Source: an uncultured virus (IMG/VR IMGVR_UViG_3300030044_000019) (taxonomy: Duplodnaviria; Heunggongvirae; Uroviricota; Caudoviricetes). From it: a stretch of 64,000 nucleotides of DNA. Numbering within the stretch: position 1 is the first letter of the stretch; every line of letters starts with the position of its first letter. The position numbers and the translations under genes are program-made. Below, piece by piece: positions 30,040 through 39,006 of this stretch. The notes below the pieces were generated by a model, which had not been told where the DNA came from, did no database searches, and saw nothing but the letters and a program-made list of their open reading frames with translations. Location: positions 1 to 64,000 of IMG/VR virus record IMGVR_UViG_3300030044_000019, one strand, 5' to 3'.

Positions 30040-30238
30040 TTCAGCTACTGGCGCCGGATCAATAAAAAAGCTACCTACTACAGCGAGCACTCCCCATATT
30101 GCTAAAGATCCTATACCAGAAGGTGGGGTAAACGCAAAAGGTCAGAAAAAAATAACCGACCCTAACGGTAAGGTTAGATTCATTGATATGAAAGAAGGTC
30201 GCGTTATGGGGCCTGGCGGAGTGCCTGTAAAAGGCTAA
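29948..30238 (+). CDS. small protein overlapping the mCpol gene end (start uncertain)
   Basis: Fills the 200-bp gap before 30241; protein-like C-terminus; all in-frame starts lie inside the upstream gene. Confidence 0.45.
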   Translation: MKLALIAGIPMKKKRPRRVLLNPHSSKPVANSATGAGSIKKLPTTASTPHIAKDPIPEGGVNAKGQKKITDPNGKVRFIDMKEGRVMGPGGVPVKG

Positions 30239-30240
30239 AT

Positions 30241-31110
30241 ATGCTTAAGCTCAAACTTGATCCTAAAGATGTTCTTGAAGTTTGCAAAAGCGAACAAGAA
30301 AAAGTTAAAAAAGAACTTTCTAAAAGCGTTAGAGATTTGGCTAATGCTACTAAACAACATATAATAGAACTTGCTCAAAAAAAATTAAGTCCTAGTTTGC
30401 AATTAGTATTCCGTGGAAAAGATAATGAGCAAAATCTTAGAGTGGATCATCTAGATTCCAACACTAGCGTCGTCACTTTGTCTGGATCTGCCTATTGGAT
30501 TGAAGAAGGTATACCCCCTAATACTGATATGAAAACAGATGCTTGGTTGTTTTCTTCTAAAAGCACAAAACACGGCAAAAATGGTCGTTATCTAGTAATT
30601 CCCTTTGAACACTCTAAGAAACCGAGCCTTCAAACTGGCTATGAAAAAGGCCTAACAGATCGCGTTAGATTTGAACTCAAAGCAATGAATAAACGTAGAA
30701 AAGCTAATGGCTTAGAAACGGTGCCGTGGGCCGGAGTTGAAAGAGATAAAAACGGTAATCCTAAAGAAGGGCTGCTGCACGAATTTGATTTCAAGGGTGG
30801 TAAATCCAGTCACAAATGGTCAAGTGATCCACTAGAAAGAATGAGAATTTATCAAGCGATAGATAAAGACTCTGCAGGTAACGCTAAGCTTAATAAAAAA
30901 GGTAAAGTAAAAGTAACACGCTCATTCATGACGTTTAGAACTGCTTCGGAAAGTCCCATTGTGAATCCTGAAACAGGAGTAGCCCCAAAGGACAAGTTTA
31001 TACATCCTGGTTACAAAGCTAACAAATTTATGGAAGAAGCTATGATGTGGGCAGAAAATGAATTCTACACTAGAATTATTCCTGACATTATTTCTAAGTG
31101 GAAGGATTAG
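30241..31110 (+). CDS. tail completion/neck protein (HK97 gp10-like)
   Basis: A.WIEEG....DMK, YLVIPF.H, FRT.S, FIHPG..A..F. Confidence 0.55.
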   Translation: MLKLKLDPKDVLEVCKSEQEKVKKELSKSVRDLANATKQHIIELAQKKLSPSLQLVFRGKDNEQNLRVDHLDSNTSVVTLSGSAYWIEEGIPPNTDMKTDAWLFSSKSTKHGKNGRYLVIPFEHSKKPSLQTGYEKGLTDRVRFELKAMNKRRKANGLETVPWAGVERDKNGNPKEGLLHEFDFKGGKSSHKWSSDPLERMRIYQAIDKDSAGNAKLNKKGKVKVTRSFMTFRTASESPIVNPETGVAPKDKFIHPGYKANKFMEEAMMWAENEFYTRIIPDIISKWKD

Positions 31111-31113
31111 TAT

Positions 31114-32172
31114 ATGATATTTCAAACAGACGCACTTCTTAAAACAATTCTAGAAAAAACATTAGGGGATATAAAAACCAACCTATGGCTTTTAGATTAC
31201 ATTCTAGATGATTTTACTCAAAATCCTTTTTTGAAATCTCAATTTGGACAAAAACAAATACTAGCGGCCAAGGAATGGTTCTCTAATAATAATGTTAATG
31301 TGCAGTTACAATTTTCTAAGGATAAAGAAAAATTTCCTGCTATATTCCTAACACTTGGAAGTAGTAACGAGGTTCAAGATTTACGAACCATGAGTGATAT
31401 AAGTGAGGAAGACTTGATCCTTATGCCCAATAGGGTGGGGCAACCTATTCCATACGTAGTTAAACCTTTTTCTCCTATCAGTTTCGATGCTTCCACTGGT
31501 TTAGTAGGTGTTCCTGTTGGGACCGACATAGCTCCCGTTTCTCCTGGAATGGTTTTAGTTAATCCGTCGAATGGAGCTGGAGTTGTTATTGAAGGAATAA
31601 CTCCTGACGGGGAAATTCAAATACAACCCGGCATTGAATTAGACTCTACACAACTAGGAGTAATTCCTCAGTATAGATTTTTTACTTCTAGACTCGGGAG
31701 ATCTTGGTTTGAGGAAAACTGGAATATTACTTTAGCGACTAACGATCCTCAAACTCTTTTGTGGCTTCATTCTATTGTGGTGTTTGGATTATTGCGTTAT
31801 AGAGAATTCTACGAACATAATGGTTTTGCAGAAACTCATATAACTAGCACTGACATATTTAATCCGGATTTTTCTAACGCTGGGGGCGAAGAAATATTTT
31901 GTCGTCAAATCACCATGTTTGGAAAAGTGCAGCAGCAATTCATTCGCGGCCTTCACAGAAATATTGAATCAGTCCTTCTACGGGATCAAGATCCAGCAGC
32001 CGTTACAGAAGAAAATCCAAAAGGTTATATTGGTGGTCTTCGTATAATATCTAACTTAAATACTCCACCATTACAAGAAAATGACCAGGACTGGTATGCA
32101 GGGGTAGATGTGACAGAACCTGCGGTTCCAAATACTCCCGATTGCGAGGGAGAGTATGAATATGAAGATTGA
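31114..32172 (+). CDS. tail terminator-like protein
   Basis: FPAI.LTLGS..E motif; position before the sheath gene. Confidence 0.5.
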   Translation: MIFQTDALLKTILEKTLGDIKTNLWLLDYILDDFTQNPFLKSQFGQKQILAAKEWFSNNNVNVQLQFSKDKEKFPAIFLTLGSSNEVQDLRTMSDISEEDLILMPNRVGQPIPYVVKPFSPISFDASTGLVGVPVGTDIAPVSPGMVLVNPSNGAGVVIEGITPDGEIQIQPGIELDSTQLGVIPQYRFFTSRLGRSWFEENWNITLATNDPQTLLWLHSIVVFGLLRYREFYEHNGFAETHITSTDIFNPDFSNAGGEEIFCRQITMFGKVQQQFIRGLHRNIESVLLRDQDPAAVTEENPKGYIGGLRIISNLNTPPLQENDQDWYAGVDVTEPAVPNTPDCEGEYEYED

Positions 32173-32268
32173 TAACATTAAAAGAATAAAAGTTAATAAA
32201 ATCAGTAAGTTGTATAGTAGAATTAGTACCTAAACTAATCTTTAAGGATAGATAACAGGGGTTTAACT

Positions 32269-33408
32269 ATGGCAAACGACAACAAACCAATTTCAGCTAG
32301 AACGGTCGCCCAAATGGTGCTGGCCAAGGCGCAGGAAATCCTTAATAAATCGGAAACTTTAAAAAAATACGAAACTGAGAATTCACCCAAACCTGGCGTT
32401 AAGTATGGTTCAATCGAAACCAACCAAAAAGCCACTGAGCGCGATTACAGTGAATACGAAGTTAAACCTGGAAAATCAAAAGACTCAGCCGGTCCGAGAG
32501 TAGCTAAGCAAATTTCTCCTTCTGGAAATCCTAAAGAAGCTGCCGAAGGTAATAACAAACCTGATGGTATGGAACCTCCGTACGAATTTAAGGACAAAGT
32601 CAAAGGCGAGTTAGCTAAAGAAAAAGCAGCCTTAGACAAGTCTGAGATGAAAAAGAAATATGAAGGCTTTAAAGCCGTTGAAGCGAGCGCAGCTAAAAGT
32701 GGGGCTTCTGATCCTGCGGCTGTTGCAGCCGCCGCTGGAATGAAAAAATACGGGAAAAAAGCTTTTGAGAATGCAGCCCACAAAGGTAAAAAAATGGGCA
32801 AAGCTGAAAATCCTGATAAAGATGCTGATGCCAAATTGGGCGAAAAGGTTGAAAAAGACGTAGAAGATCACTTCAAGCAAAATAAGGAAGCTGAAGCTAA
32901 AGAAGGACACAAACTTATGGCTAAACCCATGGCTAAGTCAGATGGTAAGAGTAAATTTGGACGTTGTGTGGAAGGTGTCAAACAAAATTCACCAGAAGTT
33001 ACTAGTCCAGAGGCTGTTTGTGTGGCTGAAGGCGTTAAACCTGAACAGCAAAAAGCTGAAGGAGAACAGTCTTCTTTTATTCCGGGAACCCAAATACTAT
33101 CTGCTAAGTTAGCAAAGTTCATGGAAAGAAAACACGCCAAGAGAAAGGCTGGAGAATCTGCTGAAGCTGTCGGACATGAAGCAAGTGATGCTCCAGCACC
33201 TCGTTCTACTCAAGACGGTAGACCTGACGTGGACAAAGCTGAAACAGGACACGAAAAAGGTGTAGGAACGAAACCAAATCCTTCTTTTAGAGAAGGGATA
33301 TCTGGAGCTGGTGCTTCAGTTAGGACGGGAGACGTTGGAACAGCTAGGGCTCATTCGGTAGCTCGCATGGAACAACAATCCAAGATTAAACCGAAGCTTC
33401 CGAGATAA
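32269..33408 (+). CDS. charged low-complexity internal head protein
   Basis: Late motif at 32236; many LxKSE/xxKAE motifs. Confidence 0.55.
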   Translation: MANDNKPISARTVAQMVLAKAQEILNKSETLKKYETENSPKPGVKYGSIETNQKATERDYSEYEVKPGKSKDSAGPRVAKQISPSGNPKEAAEGNNKPDGMEPPYEFKDKVKGELAKEKAALDKSEMKKKYEGFKAVEASAAKSGASDPAAVAAAAGMKKYGKKAFENAAHKGKKMGKAENPDKDADAKLGEKVEKDVEDHFKQNKEAEAKEGHKLMAKPMAKSDGKSKFGRCVEGVKQNSPEVTSPEAVCVAEGVKPEQQKAEGEQSSFIPGTQILSAKLAKFMERKHAKRKAGESAEAVGHEASDAPAPRSTQDGRPDVDKAETGHEKGVGTKPNPSFREGISGAGASVRTGDVGTARAHSVARMEQQSKIKPKLPR

Positions 33409-33411
33409 CTT

Positions 33412-33714
33412 ATGTATAAAAAAGAACAACAACGTTCACTAGAACAAACAGAGCCAAAAGAAGATATGACTATGGAAGAGGCGAAAGCCTACCGTGCTTC
33501 TTTGGCTACTAATATTGCTAAGTTGCTCACAGAAAAGCAAAAAAGACAAGCCTTTAAAGTTTATTGGACTGAAAATAAGAAAAAATATGGCCTCACAGGA
33601 AAAATGGAACAAATCTTGTGGCTGCACTTGGTCAGTACAAAAAACGATAGCCCTGAAAATTTCGAAGCTGGGCTCAAGAATTTTGGCGTTAAAAGTTTAA
33701 ATAGGGAGAAATAA
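33412..33714 (+). CDS. hypothetical protein
   Basis: ORF in the operon before the sheath gene. Confidence 0.5.
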   Translation: MYKKEQQRSLEQTEPKEDMTMEEAKAYRASLATNIAKLLTEKQKRQAFKVYWTENKKKYGLTGKMEQILWLHLVSTKNDSPENFEAGLKNFGVKSLNREK

Positions 33715-33715
33715 A

Positions 33716-36061
33716 ATGGCTCAAAGACTAAATACGACTTTCGTAAATACGGTTATCCCTGGCGCTTACGTTAATTATAACGTTGTTAGCCAGCCCGTTG
33801 GTGTCGCTTCATCTGGTATCGTAGTACTTTTGGGTGAAGCTGATGGTGGACCAAGCTACGAGCAAGTTTCTCTTGCACAAAGTTTGTACACACCTGACCA
33901 AATTAGTAAGGTAATGCAAAACTTTACGAGTGGTCAAATCGTAGATGCTTTTATGGCCATCGCATCTCCTTCCAACGATGCTAACATTACCGGAACTGCT
34001 ACTCAGGTCTACGTTGTAAAAACGAATACCGGAACAATGGCAACTGCTAGTTTGGCTCCTTCTTATGGAGACTTGTTCGATTTAAACTGGGGTGTTCTCG
34101 GCAATCAAGATCGTTATCAGATATTGTCCGCAGCTGCAGAAGTAGCTCCTTCTGTCACGGGAACCACCATTCCAGCGTTTGGTTCGGCTCTCAACGGCGA
34201 TTCTTTCAGCATTCGTATAAATGGTGCCGCTGCGACAACCGTAACACTTTCAGCTACATCTGCCGATCACGATACTATCGGCCATTTGGTTACCGAACTT
34301 AATCGCTATGACTTTACTATTACGGCAGCTAATGCTACTGTAGGAGCAATTTATAGTAATAATACCCAAACCTTCACTGTTTTGGCAACTATTGTCGCCG
34401 GAACAACTTTGTTCGCTACTGGGACTGGGGCTCCTCTACCTGCCGGAACTTTGACCAAAGTCAGTGGAACTGGAGACACGACCATTACTTTCTCGACATT
34501 CACCAGATTGCTTCCGGAAGCGATGACTGCATCCATGGGAATGGCTACGAATACTTTGACACTCGCAGTGAATCCAGATTCCGCTGCATGGGGTAACGGA
34601 TGGGGTAAATCGTTCGAACTTATCGATTCGACTCCTGGTGATCTTGCAGCCCTTGGATTTACACCAAATTTGTACATTTCTTCCCAAGAACCTGAAATTG
34701 AAATTCAGGACTCAAATGCTACGACTGGTGTTAACGAAACGCTTCAAGCTAGCGCTGATGTTGCTCTAAGCGTAGGTTATCAAGGAGCTACTGGAACTCT
34801 CACTATAACAGCCGGCGTATTGACAACCACGGTCACTGGCGGTTCAGGCGGTAATCTGAGTATCACTTTGAGTGATTACACCACTATAGGACAACTCGCC
34901 TCCTTCATCTCTTCTCAACCTGGGTATAGTGCAACCGTTGCTTCTCCTGCTACTCAGCTCCCTACGAGTGCTCTGGATGCAGTTTCTGCAATCGGTATCG
35001 CTTCTACGGGTGCAAGTGAAGAGCCAGGCCGTATCAAAATGGGTTTGTACGAATTCACTCAAGCAATGGCGACCAGCCGATTGATGTCCTTTACTGCTAC
35101 GGCGACTTCCGGACTTCCAACTCCTATGGCTTCTCCTGCTTACTTAGCAGGTGGAACTCGTGGAGCCACTCTGGCTGCCGACGTTGCAAACGCTATCAAC
35201 TCCTTGGGTTCCATCAATTGCAACATTATCGTGCCATTGATTTCTCAAGATGCCAGCGCAGACATCATCGCAGATCAGACTTCTCCGGATTCGACTTACA
35301 CTATTGCAGCAACAAATGCACTCCTCAAGAGTCATTGTCTCGAATATAGCGAACCAAGCCTCGGAAAAAATCGCATTTGTATTCTATCTTACAATGGACT
35401 TTTTGTCAATGCAGAAACTCAGGCCCAATCATTGGCAAGTTTCCGTTGTTCTGTCGCATTCCAATCCGTTACACAAGTCAATTCATTTGGTGTCGTAACT
35501 CAGTTCCAACCTTGGTACGCTGCAGTAGTCGCGGCAGGCATGCAAGCTGGCGGATTCTATAAAGCTATTGTCAATAAGTATGCCAATGTGATTAGTATTG
35601 TTGATCCTACGGGTTATAACAATGGCGATCCAGGCGATACCAGTCAAGCTCTGGAATCCGGTTTGCTTCCACTCTTTACTGATGTTGGAGGAGTTCGTTG
35701 GGTGTCAGATCAAACAACTTACGGAATCGACAACAATTTCGTGTACAACAGCATACAAGCTGTTTACGACGCGGATATTATCGCTATCGATCTGAAGTTC
35801 AGTTTTGCTAATGCATTCGTCGGTCAATCACTGGCGGACGTTTCAGCTGCTTCTGCGTCAGCTTTCTTGACGCAAAAAATGGGAACCTATTTCCAATTGA
35901 AGTTGATTGCTGCAAGCAGTGACGCTCCACTCGGGTTCAAGAACGCTAAAATCTCTATTGCAGCTCCTACCATGACGGTAAGTGTGGAGATTAAACTGGC
36001 CACAGCGATCTACTTCGTCCCAATCACTTTCGCGATTTCTGCAGTACAGCAATCGGCATAA
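33716..36061 (+). CDS. tail sheath protein
   Basis: N-terminal IPGAY, LLGEADGG; C-terminal DQTT, FVG, AIYFVPITF; followed by the tube gene. Confidence 0.85.
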   Translation: MAQRLNTTFVNTVIPGAYVNYNVVSQPVGVASSGIVVLLGEADGGPSYEQVSLAQSLYTPDQISKVMQNFTSGQIVDAFMAIASPSNDANITGTATQVYVVKTNTGTMATASLAPSYGDLFDLNWGVLGNQDRYQILSAAAEVAPSVTGTTIPAFGSALNGDSFSIRINGAAATTVTLSATSADHDTIGHLVTELNRYDFTITAANATVGAIYSNNTQTFTVLATIVAGTTLFATGTGAPLPAGTLTKVSGTGDTTITFSTFTRLLPEAMTASMGMATNTLTLAVNPDSAAWGNGWGKSFELIDSTPGDLAALGFTPNLYISSQEPEIEIQDSNATTGVNETLQASADVALSVGYQGATGTLTITAGVLTTTVTGGSGGNLSITLSDYTTIGQLASFISSQPGYSATVASPATQLPTSALDAVSAIGIASTGASEEPGRIKMGLYEFTQAMATSRLMSFTATATSGLPTPMASPAYLAGGTRGATLAADVANAINSLGSINCNIIVPLISQDASADIIADQTSPDSTYTIAATNALLKSHCLEYSEPSLGKNRICILSYNGLFVNAETQAQSLASFRCSVAFQSVTQVNSFGVVTQFQPWYAAVVAAGMQAGGFYKAIVNKYANVISIVDPTGYNNGDPGDTSQALESGLLPLFTDVGGVRWVSDQTTYGIDNNFVYNSIQAVYDADIIAIDLKFSFANAFVGQSLADVSAASASAFLTQKMGTYFQLKLIAASSDAPLGFKNAKISIAAPTMTVSVEIKLATAIYFVPITFAISAVQQSA

Positions 36062-36082
36062 TTTTTATAAGGAGAATAGAAT

Positions 36083-36613
36083 ATGGCAGGAGCACAATTA
36101 CCTAATTATAGACCTACTAACGGGGGTCCTGGCCAAAGTTACACTGTAACTGGGGGCAGAGCACAACTGTATCTACCTAATAGCGTAGGAACTCTTGTTT
36201 TGGCTGGAGTATTTGATACTGTTTCTAGAAACAGAGGTCTTTCAGCTGAAGCTATCCATACTTTGGGCCAATATAGCGCACGTGAACAGGCTATCACAGC
36301 TTACAATGAAGTCACCTTGAATTGTGGTGGATTTCGAGTTGTAGGCGCTGGTACCACGGTTCTGGGTAACTTCCCTACCTTGGCACAACTTTTGACTTAT
36401 CAGGGTGTCGTTGTAAAGGTTGTGGATAGACAAACTGGCGATACCTTAATGGTTGTCACTGGTTGCGTTCCAACTACGGATTCTGAAAGTTACTCGGCGA
36501 GGGCGACTACTAAAATCAATATTAGCTATAGTGGCATTGCAGCATTTGACGAAAGCACGACAGATGCAAGCGGCAATCCAACTGATGGCGAAGGAACTCC
36601 TTCTTGGCCATAA
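36083..36613 (+). CDS. tail tube protein
   Basis: 176 aa after the sheath; E.IHTLG, V.DRQTG...V.GC; terminator follows. Confidence 0.75.
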   Translation: MAGAQLPNYRPTNGGPGQSYTVTGGRAQLYLPNSVGTLVLAGVFDTVSRNRGLSAEAIHTLGQYSAREQAITAYNEVTLNCGGFRVVGAGTTVLGNFPTLAQLLTYQGVVVKVVDRQTGDTLMVVTGCVPTTDSESYSARATTKINISYSGIAAFDESTTDASGNPTDGEGTPSWP

Positions 36614-36637
36614 GTTTTTAAATAAAAGTATTATGGG

Positions 36638-36669
36638 AAGGGGGAGAAGGAAACTTTTCCCCTTTTTTT
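36638..36669 (+). terminator. intrinsic terminator after the tail tube gene
   Basis: AAGGGGGAGAAG-GAAA-CTTTTCCCCTT plus T-run. Confidence 0.75.
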
Positions 36670-36707
36670 ATTGACTTTTGTCCCTAGTGATGATAATCTT
36701 TATTAAT

Positions 36708-37736
36708 ATGACATGGGATTTAGAAAAAATACAAGAACTAGCATTGAAATGTAAAACTAGATATGAATTTAAGAGATTGTACCTTAATGCTTACAGGGCG
36801 GCTATAAAAATCAAAGCTCTTGATAAAGTTTGTTCTCACATGCCAAAAAATGCATCTATTGGGAAAGTATCTCCGAAATTGAAATGGACTTTAGAAGAAC
36901 TTAAAAAAGAAGCTAGTAAATATTCCTCAAAAAACGACTTTAAAAATCACGCGATGGGCGCGTATTTAGCTGCCTGTAGAAAAGATTACATAGATCAAAT
37001 TTGTTCTCATATGAAACAATTCCATTATTCATGGACAAATCAAGAGCTAGCGCATGAAGCCCAAAAATATAGCACTAGAATTGATTTTGCTAAATTAAAT
37101 GATAATGCTTATCAAACCGCACAAAATAGAAAAATTCTAGATCTTATATGTAGTCATATGACAAGACTAATAAGAGAGGACTGGACCCACGAGGATTTAA
37201 AAAAAGAAGCTAGTAAATATGGAACCAGAGGAGAATTCTATAAAAAAAGTAATGGGGCTTACTGTTCGGCTAATAGAAAGAAAATTCTAGACGATATTTG
37301 TCAGCATATGAAAAAATCTAAGGGAAGTTCTCTTATGGAATTAGAACTACTAAGTGAAATAAGAAAAGTTCTGCCAGATTCGAAGAAGATTAAATTTTAT
37401 AAAATAGAAATTCCTACAAAACCTCATATAAAACGTTTCGAGCTAGATATTGTCAATCAAAAAATGAAAAAAGCTGTGGAATTTGATGGTACCTATCACC
37501 ATTCTTTTAAATGTATGAGAAAAAATAAAAGAAAAAAGCTTTGGTCGGATGAAGATATCAGAAATTATCATGAAATAAAAGACTCTTATTCATTTCTTTA
37601 TCAGGGAATTCAGGTTCTTCACATCAAAGAAGAAGACTGGACAAGAAATAAGGATTACTGTATTAAGCTCTCCAAAGCATGGCTTTCCAATGAATGCTCT
37701 GTTTATCCCAAGCCCCTTCCTCTTTTAGATCTCTAA
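36708..37736 (+). CDS. putative homing endonuclease (paralog 3)
   Basis: Same repeats; ELDI....AVEFDGTYHHS; promoter TTGACT(36671)-17-TAATCT places the start at 36708. Confidence 0.75.
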   Translation: MTWDLEKIQELALKCKTRYEFKRLYLNAYRAAIKIKALDKVCSHMPKNASIGKVSPKLKWTLEELKKEASKYSSKNDFKNHAMGAYLAACRKDYIDQICSHMKQFHYSWTNQELAHEAQKYSTRIDFAKLNDNAYQTAQNRKILDLICSHMTRLIREDWTHEDLKKEASKYGTRGEFYKKSNGAYCSANRKKILDDICQHMKKSKGSSLMELELLSEIRKVLPDSKKIKFYKIEIPTKPHIKRFELDIVNQKMKKAVEFDGTYHHSFKCMRKNKRKKLWSDEDIRNYHEIKDSYSFLYQGIQVLHIKEEDWTRNKDYCIKLSKAWLSNECSVYPKPLPLLDL

Positions 37737-37759
37737 TTCCTTTCAAAACCAATCTTTAA

Positions 37760-37838
37760 GGTAACTTGTGAAGCAATTCACAAGCTTTTAGCGTGGGCTA
37801 AAAGTACCGTTAGCGGTGGCGCTAACTCCTGAATAGGA
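37760..37838 (+). ncRNA. structured RNA leader with four tandem hairpins
   Basis: CTTGTGAA-GCAA-TTCACAAG; CTTTTAGC-GTGG-GCTAAAAG; GTTAGCG-GTGG-CGCTAAC; TCCT-GAAT-AGGA. Confidence 0.5.
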
Positions 37839-37847
37839 TTGGATAAA

Positions 37848-38744
37848 ATGGCATTTGAGAAAAGCTGGAGCACAGTTGCGCCCACACCCTTAACTACAGA
37901 TGGCACTTCTTTAGGTGTTATAACTGTAGCAGACACTGTCGGCTTTAAAGTCAAAGGCCAAGCTCAATTATCAAATTCGTCCGGTCTTCACATGGTTGTT
38001 CAGATCAACCAAGTTCTCTCCTCCACCACAATGATTGTGGGCAGGCCAGGAAGCTCTCCTTCGGGCACGGCAGGCGGTATAGCTAGCGGTGCCGTTGTTG
38101 ATGTCAGCGCCTTTACAGTAGCTCTCAATTCCGTTATTGGATTTGGGATGCAACCCAAAAATAAAATCAAAGCTGATGATATTGATCAAGCTGTTTACGA
38201 GGCTGATCCTACCGTAGCTCTTAGAGTTACAAATGTCGACCCTTATGGAAACATATATGGTCCGGCTAATCCGATGCCTGTTGCCGTGGAGGGAACTATA
38301 TCTATCGGTTCCGTTTCCATTGTGGACGACGGTAATACTCTAAAAGTCAACGCAGACGGCTCCATAAACGTTATAGTTGAATCTGTTCCTAGCCCTAATT
38401 CAACGGTAATAAGCACTTACAACGAAGTAGTCTCACTGGCAGCCGGTGGGACAGCTATAATTGTAAGTTATACAGTTCCGGTTGCAAGTCAAGCTGTTTT
38501 ACAAAGAATCCCCTTTTCGGGTGAAAATGTTGCACGTTATGATTTATTGATTAATTCTATCAAACAAGATACCGCAAGGACAATGTTTGGTGGCGATTTG
38601 ACTGGTGAATTCAATTTCACAACGGGAAATGATTCAGGTTTACTTCTAAACGCTGGCACTTTAATTCAAGTTCAGGTCTATAATCCTCGCCCCTATCCCG
38701 CAGATTTCGAATCTAGAATACAAGTGCTTGTAATTAATATATAA
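37848..38744 (+). CDS. virion structural protein
   Basis: Beta-rich; L.VNADGSINV motif; late motif at 37750. Confidence 0.6.
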   Translation: MAFEKSWSTVAPTPLTTDGTSLGVITVADTVGFKVKGQAQLSNSSGLHMVVQINQVLSSTTMIVGRPGSSPSGTAGGIASGAVVDVSAFTVALNSVIGFGMQPKNKIKADDIDQAVYEADPTVALRVTNVDPYGNIYGPANPMPVAVEGTISIGSVSIVDDGNTLKVNADGSINVIVESVPSPNSTVISTYNEVVSLAAGGTAIIVSYTVPVASQAVLQRIPFSGENVARYDLLINSIKQDTARTMFGGDLTGEFNFTTGNDSGLLLNAGTLIQVQVYNPRPYPADFESRIQVLVINI

Positions 38745-38791
38745 TTTATGTTATGTAGAAAATCAAGAACAATCTTTAAAGCAGGTGTTAT

Positions 38792-38998
38792 ATGAGTGCA
38801 TATGATTTAAAAAAATTACAAGTTGAATACAAGCGCGTGAATGCAGCCAGAGAAGAACAAGAACTTCGTGTTTTTGAATTTCAAGAGCAAATCAACCGCA
38901 TAGAAGCAAGTATAGCTATTTCTATAAATAAAGAAAACGAAATACTTGACAAAATAAAAGTTATGCAGGAAACAGATAGCCAAACAAGTAGTACATAG
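38792..38998 (+). CDS. small coiled-coil protein
   Basis: Late motif at 38770; heptad pattern. Confidence 0.5.
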   Translation: MSAYDLKKLQVEYKRVNAAREEQELRVFEFQEQINRIEASIAISINKENEILDKIKVMQETDSQTSST

Positions 38999-39006
38999 GA
39001 GTATTT

